Below are positions 27,550-38,169 of a stretch of 64,000 bases of DNA, one piece after another (within the stretch, counting starts at the first letter, position 1; each line of letters opens with the position of its first letter). This DNA is from a virus. Location of the stretch: positions 1-64,000 of IMG/VR virus record IMGVR_UViG_3300042691_031577; one strand, written 5' to 3'. A model generated the notes under the pieces. That model did not search any database. It was not told where the DNA came from and saw only the letters and a list, made by a program, of their open reading frames with translations. Position numbers and translations under genes: made by a program.

Positions 27550-30500
27550 TTACTTTTTGTTTATCTGTTCACGTAAAGTGTCTATTTCTTGTTTTAATTC
27601 TTTAATAGACTCTACTAATATACTAACTACATTTGAATAAGCTACAGATTTTATTCCATTTGTTTCGCTTACTAATTCTGGTAGTACTTGTTCTACTTCT
27701 TGAGCTATCAAACCTATCTCATGTTTATTTGTACCTATTCTATCATATTCAACACCTCTTAATTGTAATGTTTTTTCTAAAGCATTTGGTATTGTTTGAA
27801 TGTTGGTTTTTAAGCTAGCGTCTGAGTTTTGTGTTAATGTACCTGCGATGGTCATATTACCTGTATCATCAAGTGACATAATAACTTGAGTGTATGCATT
27901 ATTTATCACTTCCCATGAACCATTACCATCAATTCTAAAGTATTTTTTAGGATTACTTCCACCACCTGTGTTATCAACATATAAAAAGTCTAAATAATTA
28001 GCACCACCTTTTGTGTTACTACCACGTATAAAAAGTGGAACATCACCGCCATTTCCAGCGGCTGCTATATGAAGTCTTTCTGACGGTGAAGTTGTACCTA
28101 TACCAACATTATTACTTGAATCAGCAAATAAAGTATTTGTTCCTACTAAAAATTGAGTAACGTTAGAACTAGATACAATTAATGAACCAGTTATAGTAGT
28201 ATTACCATTAAAATTACTTGAACCACTTACACTAAAACTACCTGTTACTGTGTGAACATCACCTATCACATTACCTATTCTAACCCCAGTATTTAGTACT
28301 CGGAATTCAATATTAGAACCTGTGATAACAGTTAATGAACCAGTTATTATAACACTACCGCTAACATCTAAATCGGCATTAGGTGTTACGGTACCTTTAT
28401 TGACACTGATAAGACCTGTTTCCGTCATAAACATGTAAGTTTTACCAGTAGTGAGATTGTAGAATCTTAAGTCACCTAATGCATTTGTATAACCTTTTAT
28501 AGTTGAACGAGCAAAAAGTACTAATTCTGTTGGATAAAGAAATGTATTATAAGAATTAATACCAATTAAAGCGTTACTTGTAGGATTTTGTATTATTATT
28601 CTACCACCTGAAGACGTTGAACCATCTATTGTGATGTTAGCATTGTTTGGCATTACACTAACTAAACCATCATCTCTTACAGTGAATGAAGCACTAGCGT
28701 TACTATTTTCTATACGCAATGCATTTGTAGCACTTGTTGCTCCAGAACCTTTTACTAATAAAGAATTAGATGATGAGCCGGTTATTTGGGTATTGCCATT
28801 AACATGCAGTTTAGCATTTGGAGATGTTAAACCATCACCTATTACTAACCCAGTATCTGTTAAAAACATTCTTGTTACGGCTCCGGCTTGGAATCCTATA
28901 GCATTACTTGCACCTGAAAAACTAATTAAATTACCAAGACCACCAGCTGTGTTTCCTATACTAGATTCATTATTAGTAGACCTAATAAATATACTTCGTA
29001 CACCCGCATAAAACTGAGCTACATCACCTACAGTTCCAGCTGGGTTTGATGCAAAAACACTTTGGCCAATAACATTAAAACTACCACTTACATTAAAACT
29101 TCCCGTGGCTGTATGAGTATCTGTTGATGCGTTTCCTAATTTAACACCTGTGTTTGTAACTTGGAGTTCAACATTTGATCCAGTCATGACTGTTAATGAA
29201 CCCGTTATTATAACACTACCACTAACATCTAAATTAGCATTTGGTGAGGTTTTATTTATACCAACATTACTTAATATATTAAATGTTGAATAATTTACTC
29301 TTCCGGTCCATCCGGACTCACCTATATTAAATATACCGCCGCCTGGGTAACTACCGAAAAGAACACCTGCTAGGTCATATCGGTTATTATTCATATAAGC
29401 TGCTATTATGTAACTTGTTGTTAAATCATATGCATTTGATGCATTTGGTGTTATGTTAGTACCGATAGCAACTTTACCTACATCATTCACTATTAAACCA
29501 CTACTACCGGCACTATTTTCTATACGTAATGCATTTGTAGCATTTGTTGTACCACTACCTTTTACTAATAATGAGTTTGAGGCTGAGCCTGTTATAGTTA
29601 AATTACCATTAAAATTACTTGAACCACTCACACCTAAACTACCAGTTACTGTATGGGCATCACCTATTATGTTGCCTAGTCTAACACCTGTATTTAGTAC
29701 TTGAAGTTCGATATTTGAACCGGTGATAACTGTAAGTGAACCAGTTATAATTACATTTTGGTTTAATGGATTTACATATGATGCTGTTGGGGCGAATGAT
29801 GAACTAATAGCATTTAAAACATAAGAGGCTGTAGTGGCAAATGAACTACTTAAAGCTTGAGTAGCGTATGAGGCTGTACCTAGTAAACTACCTGTTATAT
29901 TAGGTATGTTAGTACTTCCTGTTACCTCAAAACTACCACTTACAATTGTTCTACCTATTAATGTTTGTGTATCATTAGTAGCATCACCAAGTTGATTTGA
30001 ACCAGATGAATAAATTATTGAGGCTGATTCGTATGTTACATTTAAAAATGAAATTGAAGCAGTACCATTTAATGTTAAATTACCATTAAAAGTTAAATCT
30101 TGATTTAATGTATTTAAATATGATGCTGTTGAAGCAAATGAACTAGAAACTGCATTTAAGACATAAGATGCTGTGTTTGCAAATGAGGCTGTTGTTGCAG
30201 TAGCTGCATTTCCTGAAATGGAAGCACTTATAAATGATTTATTTTCCCATTTAAGAGCTGCATTATTGTATACTAATGCTTGCCCATCTGTAGGAGCTGA
30301 TATATTAACATCAGATAAACCTGCTAATGTTGTTGTTACAGTAGAACCACCTCCACCAGATCCTCCTACTTGTCTAAATAAACCTGATGGGTAAATTGTA
30401 AAAGTAGCAGCATTAGTAAAAACACCAGTACCATTAATTACAATTGCTCCTAAATAAATAGCATTAGCTGCTGTGTCAGGGGCTTCAATAAAAGATTCAA

Positions 30501-31722
30501 AAGCAATATTAGCTAAAGCTTCTGATTCTGATCCATAATAAGCATTACCGTAATAAACAACTATTGCTTTTATTGGTGAACTTGGAAAATAGAACACTCT
30601 TTGAATAGTCCAATTTTGATTAGCTGGGGCGGGTACTGCTGTTAATACACCATTATTAGAATATCTAGTAGGGTCTATTGCGGCATATCCTGCTCCTGCA
30701 TTTGTATCATATACCCAAGTAGACCCTGATTGGCGATATCTAAATATTTTAGATATATTAGTTCCTGTATCATTTACATAATAAGGTTCATTAGGATCAT
30801 TAACATAATCAGCACCAGGAGAGTAAGCTGTACCACTTCCTACTACTAAACTACCTGTACTTGAACCACTAGGAGATAGTGTAAAACCAGAAAGTTTTAA
30901 AGGTCCAAATGCTCTATTAAATATATTTTGTGCTTGTATAAAACCATAGGCTGTTGATGGTTGTGTTTTAACAGCATTAATACTAGTTTGATTTTGAAAT
31001 AATACATTACCAATATTAATTATTGTATTAAATTGACTATTAGTAAAAGGATCTGCTTGAGCAAAGATGTTATTTGTTGAATCTATACCAACAAAACATT
31101 GTTGGTGTGATGCTGTAAAAGCATTAATACTAGCTGATAAGTTAGACCATTCTAGATATTGTATTGTTGGATAAGGATCATCACTTAAAGAAGCATTTAA
31201 ATCCACAATAATACCACTACCACTACTTACTTGATAAACAGTAGATGATTGGGATGTGATTACACCTCCATGTAATAAGCCAGTATATAAGGTACCTTCT
31301 ATCCAACGTAAACGAGTTACATTATTGTATCCTTTACTATTTTGAGAAAAATATAAGTCTTGAGTAGATCCACTTACATAAATGTAAGAGGCTGATATGG
31401 TTGTATCTAAATTAGTTGATACAGGATTAAATCTTATATATCCATCATGAGTTACATTACCATAAACCTGAACTGTTGGAACTGTGGTTGAACCTGATAT
31501 AATGATACTACCTGATAATGTAGTATTACCTAATAAATTATTACTACCTATTTGGGTAGTAGAACCTGATATGTTTAAGCTACCAGTTAATGAAGTATTT
31601 CCTATTAATGTATTTGAACCGGTTGTTACTAAAGAACCTGTTATTACAACACCATTTGATGATGTTAATGAATTTAAAATAGCATTAGAGCCACTTACTA
31701 TGACTTTTTTCCAATTTGGCAT
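27550..31722 (-). CDS. long tail fibre with C-terminal peptidase S74 intramolecular chaperone
   Basis: C-terminal SDASLKTNI..LRGVEYD..IGLIAQEVEQVLPELV plus coiled coil; NVGIGTTSP; internal repeats. Confidence 0.9.
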   Translation of the reverse strand: MPNWKKVIVSGSNAILNSLTSSNGVVITGSLVTTGSNTLIGNTSLTGSLNISGSTTQIGSNNLLGNTTLSGSIIISGSTTVPTVQVYGNVTHDGYIRFNPVSTNLDTTISASYIYVSGSTQDLYFSQNSKGYNNVTRLRWIEGTLYTGLLHGGVITSQSSTVYQVSSGSGIIVDLNASLSDDPYPTIQYLEWSNLSASINAFTASHQQCFVGIDSTNNIFAQADPFTNSQFNTIINIGNVLFQNQTSINAVKTQPSTAYGFIQAQNIFNRAFGPLKLSGFTLSPSGSSTGSLVVGSGTAYSPGADYVNDPNEPYYVNDTGTNISKIFRYRQSGSTWVYDTNAGAGYAAIDPTRYSNNGVLTAVPAPANQNWTIQRVFYFPSSPIKAIVVYYGNAYYGSESEALANIAFESFIEAPDTAANAIYLGAIVINGTGVFTNAATFTIYPSGLFRQVGGSGGGGSTVTTTLAGLSDVNISAPTDGQALVYNNAALKWENKSFISASISGNAATATTASFANTASYVLNAVSSSFASTASYLNTLNQDLTFNGNLTLNGTASISFLNVTYESASIIYSSGSNQLGDATNDTQTLIGRTIVSGSFEVTGSTNIPNITGSLLGTASYATQALSSSFATTASYVLNAISSSFAPTASYVNPLNQNVIITGSLTVITGSNIELQVLNTGVRLGNIIGDAHTVTGSLGVSGSSNFNGNLTITGSASNSLLVKGSGTTNATNALRIENSAGSSGLIVNDVGKVAIGTNITPNASNAYDLTTSYIIAAYMNNNRYDLAGVLFGSYPGGGIFNIGESGWTGRVNYSTFNILSNVGINKTSPNANLDVSGSVIITGSLTVMTGSNVELQVTNTGVKLGNASTDTHTATGSFNVSGSFNVIGQSVFASNPAGTVGDVAQFYAGVRSIFIRSTNNESSIGNTAGGLGNLISFSGASNAIGFQAGAVTRMFLTDTGLVIGDGLTSPNAKLHVNGNTQITGSSSNSLLVKGSGATSATNALRIENSNASASFTVRDDGLVSVMPNNANITIDGSTSSGGRIIIQNPTSNALIGINSYNTFLYPTELVLFARSTIKGYTNALGDLRFYNLTTGKTYMFMTETGLISVNKGTVTPNADLDVSGSVIITGSLTVITGSNIEFRVLNTGVRIGNVIGDVHTVTGSFSVSGSSNFNGNTTITGSLIVSSSNVTQFLVGTNTLFADSSNNVGIGTTSPSERLHIAAAGNGGDVPLFIRGSNTKGGANYLDFLYVDNTGGGSNPKKYFRIDGNGSWEVINNAYTQVIMSLDDTGNMTIAGTLTQNSDASLKTNIQTIPNALEKTLQLRGVEYDRIGTNKHEIGLIAQEVEQVLPELVSETNGIKSVAYSNVVSILVESIKELKQEIDTLREQINKK

Positions 31723-31738
31723 ATTATTATATAATTAA

Positions 31739-31801
31739 ACCATGGTTAGATACACACACTTATGCCGTGCATGAGCCTACTTCCCTACATGGGCCAATGG
31801 T
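31739..31801 (-). promoter_or_regulatory. structured 5' leader of the long fibre gene (three-way junction candidate)
   Basis: ACCAT..GG/CCATGGT, CCC-ATGTA-GGG, TAGG/TCTA, ATGC-ACG-GCAT; lies between ATATTTAT (31807-31814) and the ATG. Confidence 0.45.
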
Positions 31802-31820
31802 CTAGTATAAATATCAGAAA

Positions 31821-32042
31821 TTACTTCTTAGGTGATGTTTTAGCTATAGTTTCAGATAATGCTAACATCTTTTTTTGTTCTTCTTCCTGAATCATTTTTT
31901 TGATTTCAGAGAGTTCATGTTCAATTTTTGATTGAAGTGATGCTAAAAATTTAGCGTCTTTACCCTGAATTGTCACTGTCTCTAAAGATTGACGAATAAA
32001 ATTTAACTCATTGTGAGTTAAATCAATTGAAAATATATCCAT
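31821..32042 (-). CDS. hypothetical protein
   Basis: 73-aa ORF in the fibre cluster. Confidence 0.7.
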   Translation of the reverse strand: MDIFSIDLTHNELNFIRQSLETVTIQGKDAKFLASLQSKIEHELSEIKKMIQEEEQKKMLALSETIAKTSPKK

Positions 32043-32048
32043 AACTTA

Positions 32049-32258
32049 TTATTTTGTTTGTTCTAAATATTGATTTTGTAGTTTAACTACCATAGTGTAA
32101 ATAGCCTCTACGTCTTCTCCAAGGAAACTTGATCTCTTTATTAAAGTTAATAACACCTCTAACTCCTTAGAATTTAATTGATTTGGAGTTTGTTTAGTTT
32201 GTGTTAGTTTAACCTGAGTAGAGTTAACTCCTTCAATATGATTAGCTGTAAAACTCAT
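32049..32258 (-). CDS. hypothetical protein
   Basis: Likely start MSFTANH at 32258. Confidence 0.65.
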   Translation of the reverse strand: MSFTANHIEGVNSTQVKLTQTKQTPNQLNSKELEVLLTLIKRSSFLGEDVEAIYTMVVKLQNQYLEQTK

Positions 32259-32275
32259 AACTGATTTAAAAAATT

Positions 32276-33007
32276 TTATGAATAAATCCAAATATTTTCG
32301 TCTGTACCTATAAATATATTACCTCCTACTTGGTATCTTGCTGGTGCTGCTGTTGGTGATGTGCCTGCACCTATAACAGCTGCAGCTACAAAAGCATCAG
32401 GAGTAAAAGAACTATTAGCACCATTAAATGAACTAGTAAATGCCCATCTTGTAGTACCACTATCAAATGCAAATAACTCACCTACATTTTGAGTACCTTG
32501 TTGAACTACAATACCACCATCACCAGTTGTATTTGAACCAGAGGCTAATAATACAAATCTATCTGCTACTTCTAAGTTAGTAGTGTTTTGAAATGATGCT
32601 GTACCTTGTACTGTTAAATTATTTGTAATAACAGCATTACCTGTGACTGTTAATAAAGTACCATCAAATGTTAAATTAGATTCACCATTAATAGTACCAC
32701 CACCAGTTGCTGTTATTATTCTATTATCAACATTATTAGTAATAGCATTTGTTAAATTATTAACAGATGAAGCATATGAAGCTGAAGTACTATTTAAAGC
32801 ATATGATGCACTAGTAGCATTTAAGGCATATGATGCTGAGGTACTATTTAGAGCATATGATGCACTAGTAGCATTTAGAGCGTAGGATGAACTTAAACCT
32901 TGAGAAGCATATGATGCTGTACCTGATAAGTTTCCTAAAAATGATGAAGTAACTGATAATAATTCCGCATTACTACCTGATACTATGACTTTTTTCCATG
33001 TTGCCAT
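32276..33007 (-). CDS. fibre-related structural protein
   Basis: Shares the N-terminus WKKVIVSGSNA with the long fibre; ASYALN[A/S]TS repeats. Confidence 0.75.
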   Translation of the reverse strand: MATWKKVIVSGSNAELLSVTSSFLGNLSGTASYASQGLSSSYALNATSASYALNSTSASYALNATSASYALNSTSASYASSVNNLTNAITNNVDNRIITATGGGTINGESNLTFDGTLLTVTGNAVITNNLTVQGTASFQNTTNLEVADRFVLLASGSNTTGDGGIVVQQGTQNVGELFAFDSGTTRWAFTSSFNGANSSFTPDAFVAAAVIGAGTSPTAAPARYQVGGNIFIGTDENIWIYS

Positions 33008-33040
33008 TATATATTACTTTAATGTTTGTTATAAATATGT

Positions 33041-33424
33041 TTAATTTTCTAATCCTACATAAAAAGATGAAGAAGTAAAGTATATGCTTCCAGCTACTGT
33101 TGAACCTGTTAATGGAGCTGATTGAGTGGCAAAATATACTATACTTTCACTAACTTTAAATGTTGTTTGACCTGTATTATTTTTAATTAAGAATATGTTA
33201 TTAGTAATAGTAGTAGTGTCTGAAGTTATAGATATTAATTCAGCACTAGCTGACTTAACTAAAAATAAATTACCAATGGGACTTACACTAGCAGTTACAC
33301 TACCTGATGTTATTTCATTTCCTTTTACTGTTAAATTAGTTAAACCACTACCATCGCCAAAAAATGACCCACTAAATGAACCGGATAACGGATATTGTAT
33401 TTGTTTACTGGTAATTAATGCCAT
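33041..33424 (-). CDS. virion structural protein
   Basis: SGSFSGSFFGDGSGLTN fibre-like motif. Confidence 0.65.
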   Translation of the reverse strand: MALITSKQIQYPLSGSFSGSFFGDGSGLTNLTVKGNEITSGSVTASVSPIGNLFLVKSASAELISITSDTTTITNNIFLIKNNTGQTTFKVSESIVYFATQSAPLTGSTVAGSIYFTSSSFYVGLEN

Positions 33425-34692
33425 TATGTGAATTTTCCTATTGCTACTACTTCGTCTGTTAAATTTAATGAATAACCTATAGATGATGTATTGAAAGTTG
33501 TCACTACATTTCCTCCACTTTCTAATAAAGATACAGCAGAAGAAGGAACGTATTGGCCGTTAATATAAAACACAAAGTTACTTACTGTTGTAGCTGGTAA
33601 ACTTGATCCTGCTGGTGGTTGTAATATAGATGCACTAGTAAATGTAGCGATATTAGGAACTGTTACAGAACCTGCTATTTTAGTAATATTGGTATTAATA
33701 TATTCTAAATCAGCATTACTTGCTCCTGTGCTTGTTACATTAGTTACATTAATTCCTCCTCCTATAAATGAAGTTGCACCTGTAGCATTTTTAGCTGCTG
33801 GTTTATTTGCAAATTTCATTTCATCTATATTTGTTGTTGTTCCTGCTCCGTCTATTACTTCTAAATTAAAAACCACTTGAGATGTTGTATAAAATTTACT
33901 ACGAGCTACTGCTAAATCTTTATTTACTGTATCAGGAATGATATATCCATTTAAAACAAGATTAAAAGTAGAGCGAGCCGCTCTATCTTCTCCTTGTTCT
34001 AATAAAGTAGTTGTAGTAAATGAATCTATTCTGGCTTTGAATTTCCATCTGTTTGGATCACCCCAATATGAATCAGAAGCAAATTCAATTGCTTCTACTA
34101 ACTTATTGTTTTGTTCAACATAATCTGTAAATACAACACATGAATATGTTAAAGTAACATAATCAGGTACAGCACTCATGTAATACTGTTCTGAGGGTAT
34201 TCTATTATTTATAACAGAGAATCTATCATATGCATTTCTGATATTGTACTTTGTACCTATAACTTGATATAAATGAGCTCTATTGCCGTCTAATTTATTT
34301 CCTAATGTTCTATTTTTTTCAACATTTTCACGTTTGAACATTATAAGAGGAGCTAATCCTTTTCCGTTAGCATCACGATAGAAACCATCTGCTTGAACTG
34401 ATTTCCAACGTTCTGGAGAGCCATAAATTACAGGAACTGTTATTTGTTGTCCGTTTTGTATTACAGATGGTTTTATAACACTTTCAAAATAATATAATAC
34501 AGCATAATCTAAATCTTCTAGTCCTATACTTACGTCTTTAACAGTGTCTCCTTTAAACGAAATATCTTTACCTCTATTTTTAGAAAATACAGTATTACTA
34601 ACAGGTTTTCCTTGATCTTTTAAATAAGGAATAACTTGTTCTTGACTAATTTCAGCTGCATTTTTAGGTATAGGTTTAAGAGATCTAGCCAT
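33424..34692 (-). CDS. tail sheath stabilizer / tail terminator (gp15-like)
   Basis: VPVIYGSPERWK, PLIMFKR, PDYVTLTY..YVEQNNKLVE; adjacent to the neck genes. Confidence 0.7.
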   Translation of the reverse strand: MARSLKPIPKNAAEISQEQVIPYLKDQGKPVSNTVFSKNRGKDISFKGDTVKDVSIGLEDLDYAVLYYFESVIKPSVIQNGQQITVPVIYGSPERWKSVQADGFYRDANGKGLAPLIMFKRENVEKNRTLGNKLDGNRAHLYQVIGTKYNIRNAYDRFSVINNRIPSEQYYMSAVPDYVTLTYSCVVFTDYVEQNNKLVEAIEFASDSYWGDPNRWKFKARIDSFTTTTLLEQGEDRAARSTFNLVLNGYIIPDTVNKDLAVARSKFYTTSQVVFNLEVIDGAGTTTNIDEMKFANKPAAKNATGATSFIGGGINVTNVTSTGASNADLEYINTNITKIAGSVTVPNIATFTSASILQPPAGSSLPATTVSNFVFYINGQYVPSSAVSLLESGGNVVTTFNTSSIGYSLNLTDEVVAIGKFT

Positions 34693-35054
34693 TACTGTTG
34701 TTTTCTTTGTAATTCTAACATTTTATCTAATGCTAATATCATTTGGGCGGCTTTATATAAATAACTATTAGCGTCTTTAGCTACTTTAGCTATATCTTCA
34801 TTAGTAGAATATTTAAATGCCTGTACTTCTCTTCTGTATTTTAAAACATTTCTTCGTATTTCATCAAATTTAGGAAGTGCTTCAAACTCTTGTGTATAAG
34901 CGCCGGTTTCAGGATCCATAGAAGTTTTTATACTTTTATATCCTCTTTCAAAAGCCTCATCACCTTTTTTAGGTTTAAAAGCAGCTACTTTTTCACCACT
35001 TTTCCCAGTTACAGGGATTTCAGCTTCATTTAATATATCTAATAATTTAATCAT
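34692..35054 (-). CDS. hypothetical protein with MIKLLDILNE N-terminal tag
   Basis: Start at 35054, preceded by ATATTTAT at 35059-35066. Confidence 0.7.
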   Translation of the reverse strand: MIKLLDILNEAEIPVTGKSGEKVAAFKPKKGDEAFERGYKSIKTSMDPETGAYTQEFEALPKFDEIRRNVLKYRREVQAFKYSTNEDIAKVAKDANSYLYKAAQMILALDKMLELQRKQQ

Positions 35055-35065
35055 GTTAATAAATA

Positions 35066-35602
35066 TTATAATCTTGTTTGAGTTATACCTAATATTTCTG
35101 GTCTCATATAATGGCATGTTACTATGATCGACCATGATGAACCAAAATTATCTGTGTTAGTTGAATAAGAATAGTTATAATCCTTACCTACAACTAACTG
35201 ATTTTCGTTTACATTGTCTACTTCATAGTAATCGTTATTCCATAAAACAACATCTCCTATCTCAGGTACTATGTTATATGTAAAGCCTCTAGCATCTGGG
35301 CCAAGTTCGGTGCTTAAGTCAATACCTGCGAGATCATCGCGTAAAAAGCGGCAAGTAATATTACGATTTATATCAGGTCCAAAATCATCTGTTGTTGAGA
35401 TAGTATCTCCGCGTTCAATTAAACAATTTAATAATACCGGGTCATTATATGTCTTTTTAGGAGCCTCACCATACATGTTAGGTAAAGAACGATCCAATAC
35501 TATTTTATAATATCCTACCTTTTGCTCAATGATATCATTGAGTAATTCTCTATTTATATGTCTAAATAGACTTATATCCCTATTTGCTCCAAATAAACTC
35601 AT
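35066..35602 (-). CDS. neck / head-closure protein (gp14-like)
   Basis: NMYGEA, PEIGDVVLWNNDYYEVD; neck region context. Confidence 0.7.
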   Translation of the reverse strand: MSLFGANRDISLFRHINRELLNDIIEQKVGYYKIVLDRSLPNMYGEAPKKTYNDPVLLNCLIERGDTISTTDDFGPDINRNITCRFLRDDLAGIDLSTELGPDARGFTYNIVPEIGDVVLWNNDYYEVDNVNENQLVVGKDYNYSYSTNTDNFGSSWSIIVTCHYMRPEILGITQTRL

Positions 35603-35940
35603 TATAGGGTAGTTATTTTTTCTAAAGTTTTAAACCTAGGCATAAATTTTAATAATCCTGGAATTTTTTGGGTCGCTAAGGCTCTTCTTTTAATTTCTGC
35701 TATTGATTCTTTTGGATCTTTTCTCACAATATATTTCATATGCAGTAAAGCATATTCAGTTTGATCTGTAATTAAAGTATTTAGATAAGTATTTTGTTCT
35801 ACTTTAACAACAACAACTCCATCTATACCTCTAATTTCATTATAGATATCTACTTTATTTGCTTGTCTTTCTACTTTAATCATTACTTCTATTTCATATA
35901 TAGAAAGTACTTCAAGTAATAAATTTTGTAATTTTACCAT
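35602..35940 (-). CDS. hypothetical protein with MVKLQNLLLE tag
   Basis: 112-aa ORF containing IRGIDGVVVV. Confidence 0.7.
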   Translation of the reverse strand: MVKLQNLLLEVLSIYEIEVMIKVERQANKVDIYNEIRGIDGVVVVKVEQNTYLNTLITDQTEYALLHMKYIVRKDPKESIAEIKRRALATQKIPGLLKFMPRFKTLEKITTL

Positions 35941-35943
35941 AGC

Positions 35944-37101
35944 TTAAAATATATAAATTCCCATTGGTACATTGATTAATGCTTTTTGCATGTTTTCAGC
36001 TTCCAATGCTTGGTTTTCTAATTGAGTTTTACGAGAAGCATCACTTAATGTAGCTCTTAAAACTTCTAATAATTTTTCTTTTTCAGTTCTAGCATCAGCT
36101 AATAAATCAGCTTGATTTAAAGTAACTTCAGCTCCAGGAATAGGTACTGTACTGTATTTACCTCTAATGTAGGCTAACATTTCTTTACATATTGCTAAAG
36201 TGTACTGATATATCCATTGTTTACCTACAGCATTAATAAAACCAAATGTAGGATTAGTATAAGGGACATTTGAAACGTCTGTTATTCTACCAGAACCTAA
36301 ACCACTACCACTAAGAGGGATTATACTATTTCTTTCATTTACTAATATATAATGAAAAAACATTTTTAGATCAGTAGTAGGAATAGGGAATATTCTTAAT
36401 TTATTGTTTATTAAGTCAAATGAGTAAGCTGATTTTCTAATCTGATCATTTAATTCAATAGCTTGTATTTTTTGAACATCAAAATATATAGGCATTAACA
36501 AAAAGTTAATACCAGGTGAAAATTGACCAAATCCAAATGTTTCTAATAATGATTGAATACCAGTACCTGTACCAGCATATGGGTCAAAATAACGAACTAT
36601 TGCTGGTGGTTCTTGGTAAAATACTTTCTTAACTTCAATAGATGATGTAATACCATATGAACTAGACATGATTGTTTTTAAATCATAATCCTGGACACCA
36701 GGAATCATATCAAATGAAGCTGTGTATTGAGTAATATTACCTCCTGAACCCGCTTCAACAGCATATGTTTGGGAAAGACGTACTGTACTACCTAAATTAG
36801 GGGTAACTACTTGGTTATTGAATGAAGAACCGGTTGAATTTCCTTGCATTGCAAAGAAGTTTTCACGTATTTTCCATTGGTATACTTCATTTCCGTAAAC
36901 TGTAATGGCTTCCTCAAATGCTGTGTAGAAATTAATGTCTTGCAATTCAATTTCCATTAATGGGTAACCTAATCTACGAGCACACCAATTTGCTACTTTA
37001 TCAGCTTCTTGTTGAAAAGACGCGTCATAATCATAGAAACCAAATGGGGTACTTCCAGGTACGAATGAACTTGAGCCAGGCCAAATAGGAATGTTTGCCA
37101 T
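35944..37101 (-). CDS. neck protein (gp13-like head-tail adaptor)
   Basis: RRLGYPLMEIEL, WIYQYTLAICKEML..IRGKY..PIPG..VTLN. Confidence 0.85.
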   Translation of the reverse strand: MANIPIWPGSSSFVPGSTPFGFYDYDASFQQEADKVANWCARRLGYPLMEIELQDINFYTAFEEAITVYGNEVYQWKIRENFFAMQGNSTGSSFNNQVVTPNLGSTVRLSQTYAVEAGSGGNITQYTASFDMIPGVQDYDLKTIMSSSYGITSSIEVKKVFYQEPPAIVRYFDPYAGTGTGIQSLLETFGFGQFSPGINFLLMPIYFDVQKIQAIELNDQIRKSAYSFDLINNKLRIFPIPTTDLKMFFHYILVNERNSIIPLSGSGLGSGRITDVSNVPYTNPTFGFINAVGKQWIYQYTLAICKEMLAYIRGKYSTVPIPGAEVTLNQADLLADARTEKEKLLEVLRATLSDASRKTQLENQALEAENMQKALINVPMGIYIF

Positions 37102-37146
37102 ATTATATTATTGTAAATATTGTTATATCATATAAATATATGACTA

Positions 37147-38169
37147 TTATAGCTTAGTTATAATAACATAACCATGTCCTTGATTAATGTTACTAGAACC
37201 AGTAACAAATGATCCAGTATAGAATGTACCTCCACCACCACCAAATGAACTATTAGATGCTCCTGAATTTCCTCCAGCACCACCCCCTGAGTATCCACCT
37301 CCACCTCCAGCCCATCCTATAATATTAGGATCACCACTTGCATCACCATCAACAGCTCCACCACCTCCACCAAATCCACCCTCAACACCATTTATATTTG
37401 AAGTTGAACCAGTAGTACCACCTAACCAATTTCCAACTCTAGATAATCCTTGACCTCCATTAGCAGCTGAACCTGATGAATTAATACCTGCTCCTGGGGC
37501 TCCATATAAAATATTTCTATTACTTCTAAATCCACCACTACCATTAAACCCTCCTGAACCTGAAAATCCACTTCCTATATTTACTGTAGAGCCGGATGTG
37601 GTGTTAAATTTACCACTAGCTGTAGCTTGATTTGAAAATAAGTTAACTAAAGCACCAGCAGCACCACCACCACCACCTACAGCTAAATAATATGTTATAG
37701 AAGAACTATCATAAACAAATGTACCCCCACCACCTGATCCACCATTAAATGTTGCTGCTCCTGAACCTGTAAATCTATTTCCTCCTCTTTGTCCTACTAC
37801 AATTAATATTTTTTGATTTTGAGTTAAAGAAATATCTGTAGTTACAGATGCTCCAAATCCACCACTAAAATTTAATGTTGGGCTATTACCTCCAGCTGCA
37901 CCTGCTGCTACTATTCTATAAGTTGCTGTGGCTGGTACAGTCCATTCTTGAATACCTCGAATGGAAGCTGAAAAATATAATGATGATGTTACCCAAGAAG
38001 CGGTGGTAGCATATGAAGCTGTCAATTGTTGGTAAGTAGGACCTTGCCTACCTGTGGCTCCAGCATTAGTGAAAGTAAATGTTGTAAAATCATATAAAGA
38101 AGATGTATCTGGGGGTGATACAGGAGAAGGTGTACTTTGAGCAAAAAAACCAAATATAGGATAAATCAT
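37147..38169 (-). CDS. glycine-rich protein with ALK/LTK-like glycine-rich domain
   Basis: FTFTNAGATGRQGPT, GIQEWTVPATATYRIVAAGAAGG, GGGGGTFV, GGFGGGG, GGGGGYSGG, GHGYVIIT. Confidence 0.75.
   Translation of the reverse strand: MIYPIFGFFAQSTPSPVSPPDTSSLYDFTTFTFTNAGATGRQGPTYQQLTASYATTASWVTSSLYFSASIRGIQEWTVPATATYRIVAAGAAGGNSPTLNFSGGFGASVTTDISLTQNQKILIVVGQRGGNRFTGSGAATFNGGSGGGGTFVYDSSSITYYLAVGGGGGAAGALVNLFSNQATASGKFNTTSGSTVNIGSGFSGSGGFNGSGGFRSNRNILYGAPGAGINSSGSAANGGQGLSRVGNWLGGTTGSTSNINGVEGGFGGGGGAVDGDASGDPNIIGWAGGGGGYSGGGAGGNSGASNSSFGGGGGTFYTGSFVTGSSNINQGHGYVIITKL

Noticed and set aside
27550-31722. Diversity-generating retroelement target in the tail fibre
   Set aside because: No reverse transcriptase in the window; the internal repeats differ at all bases rather than only at adenines.
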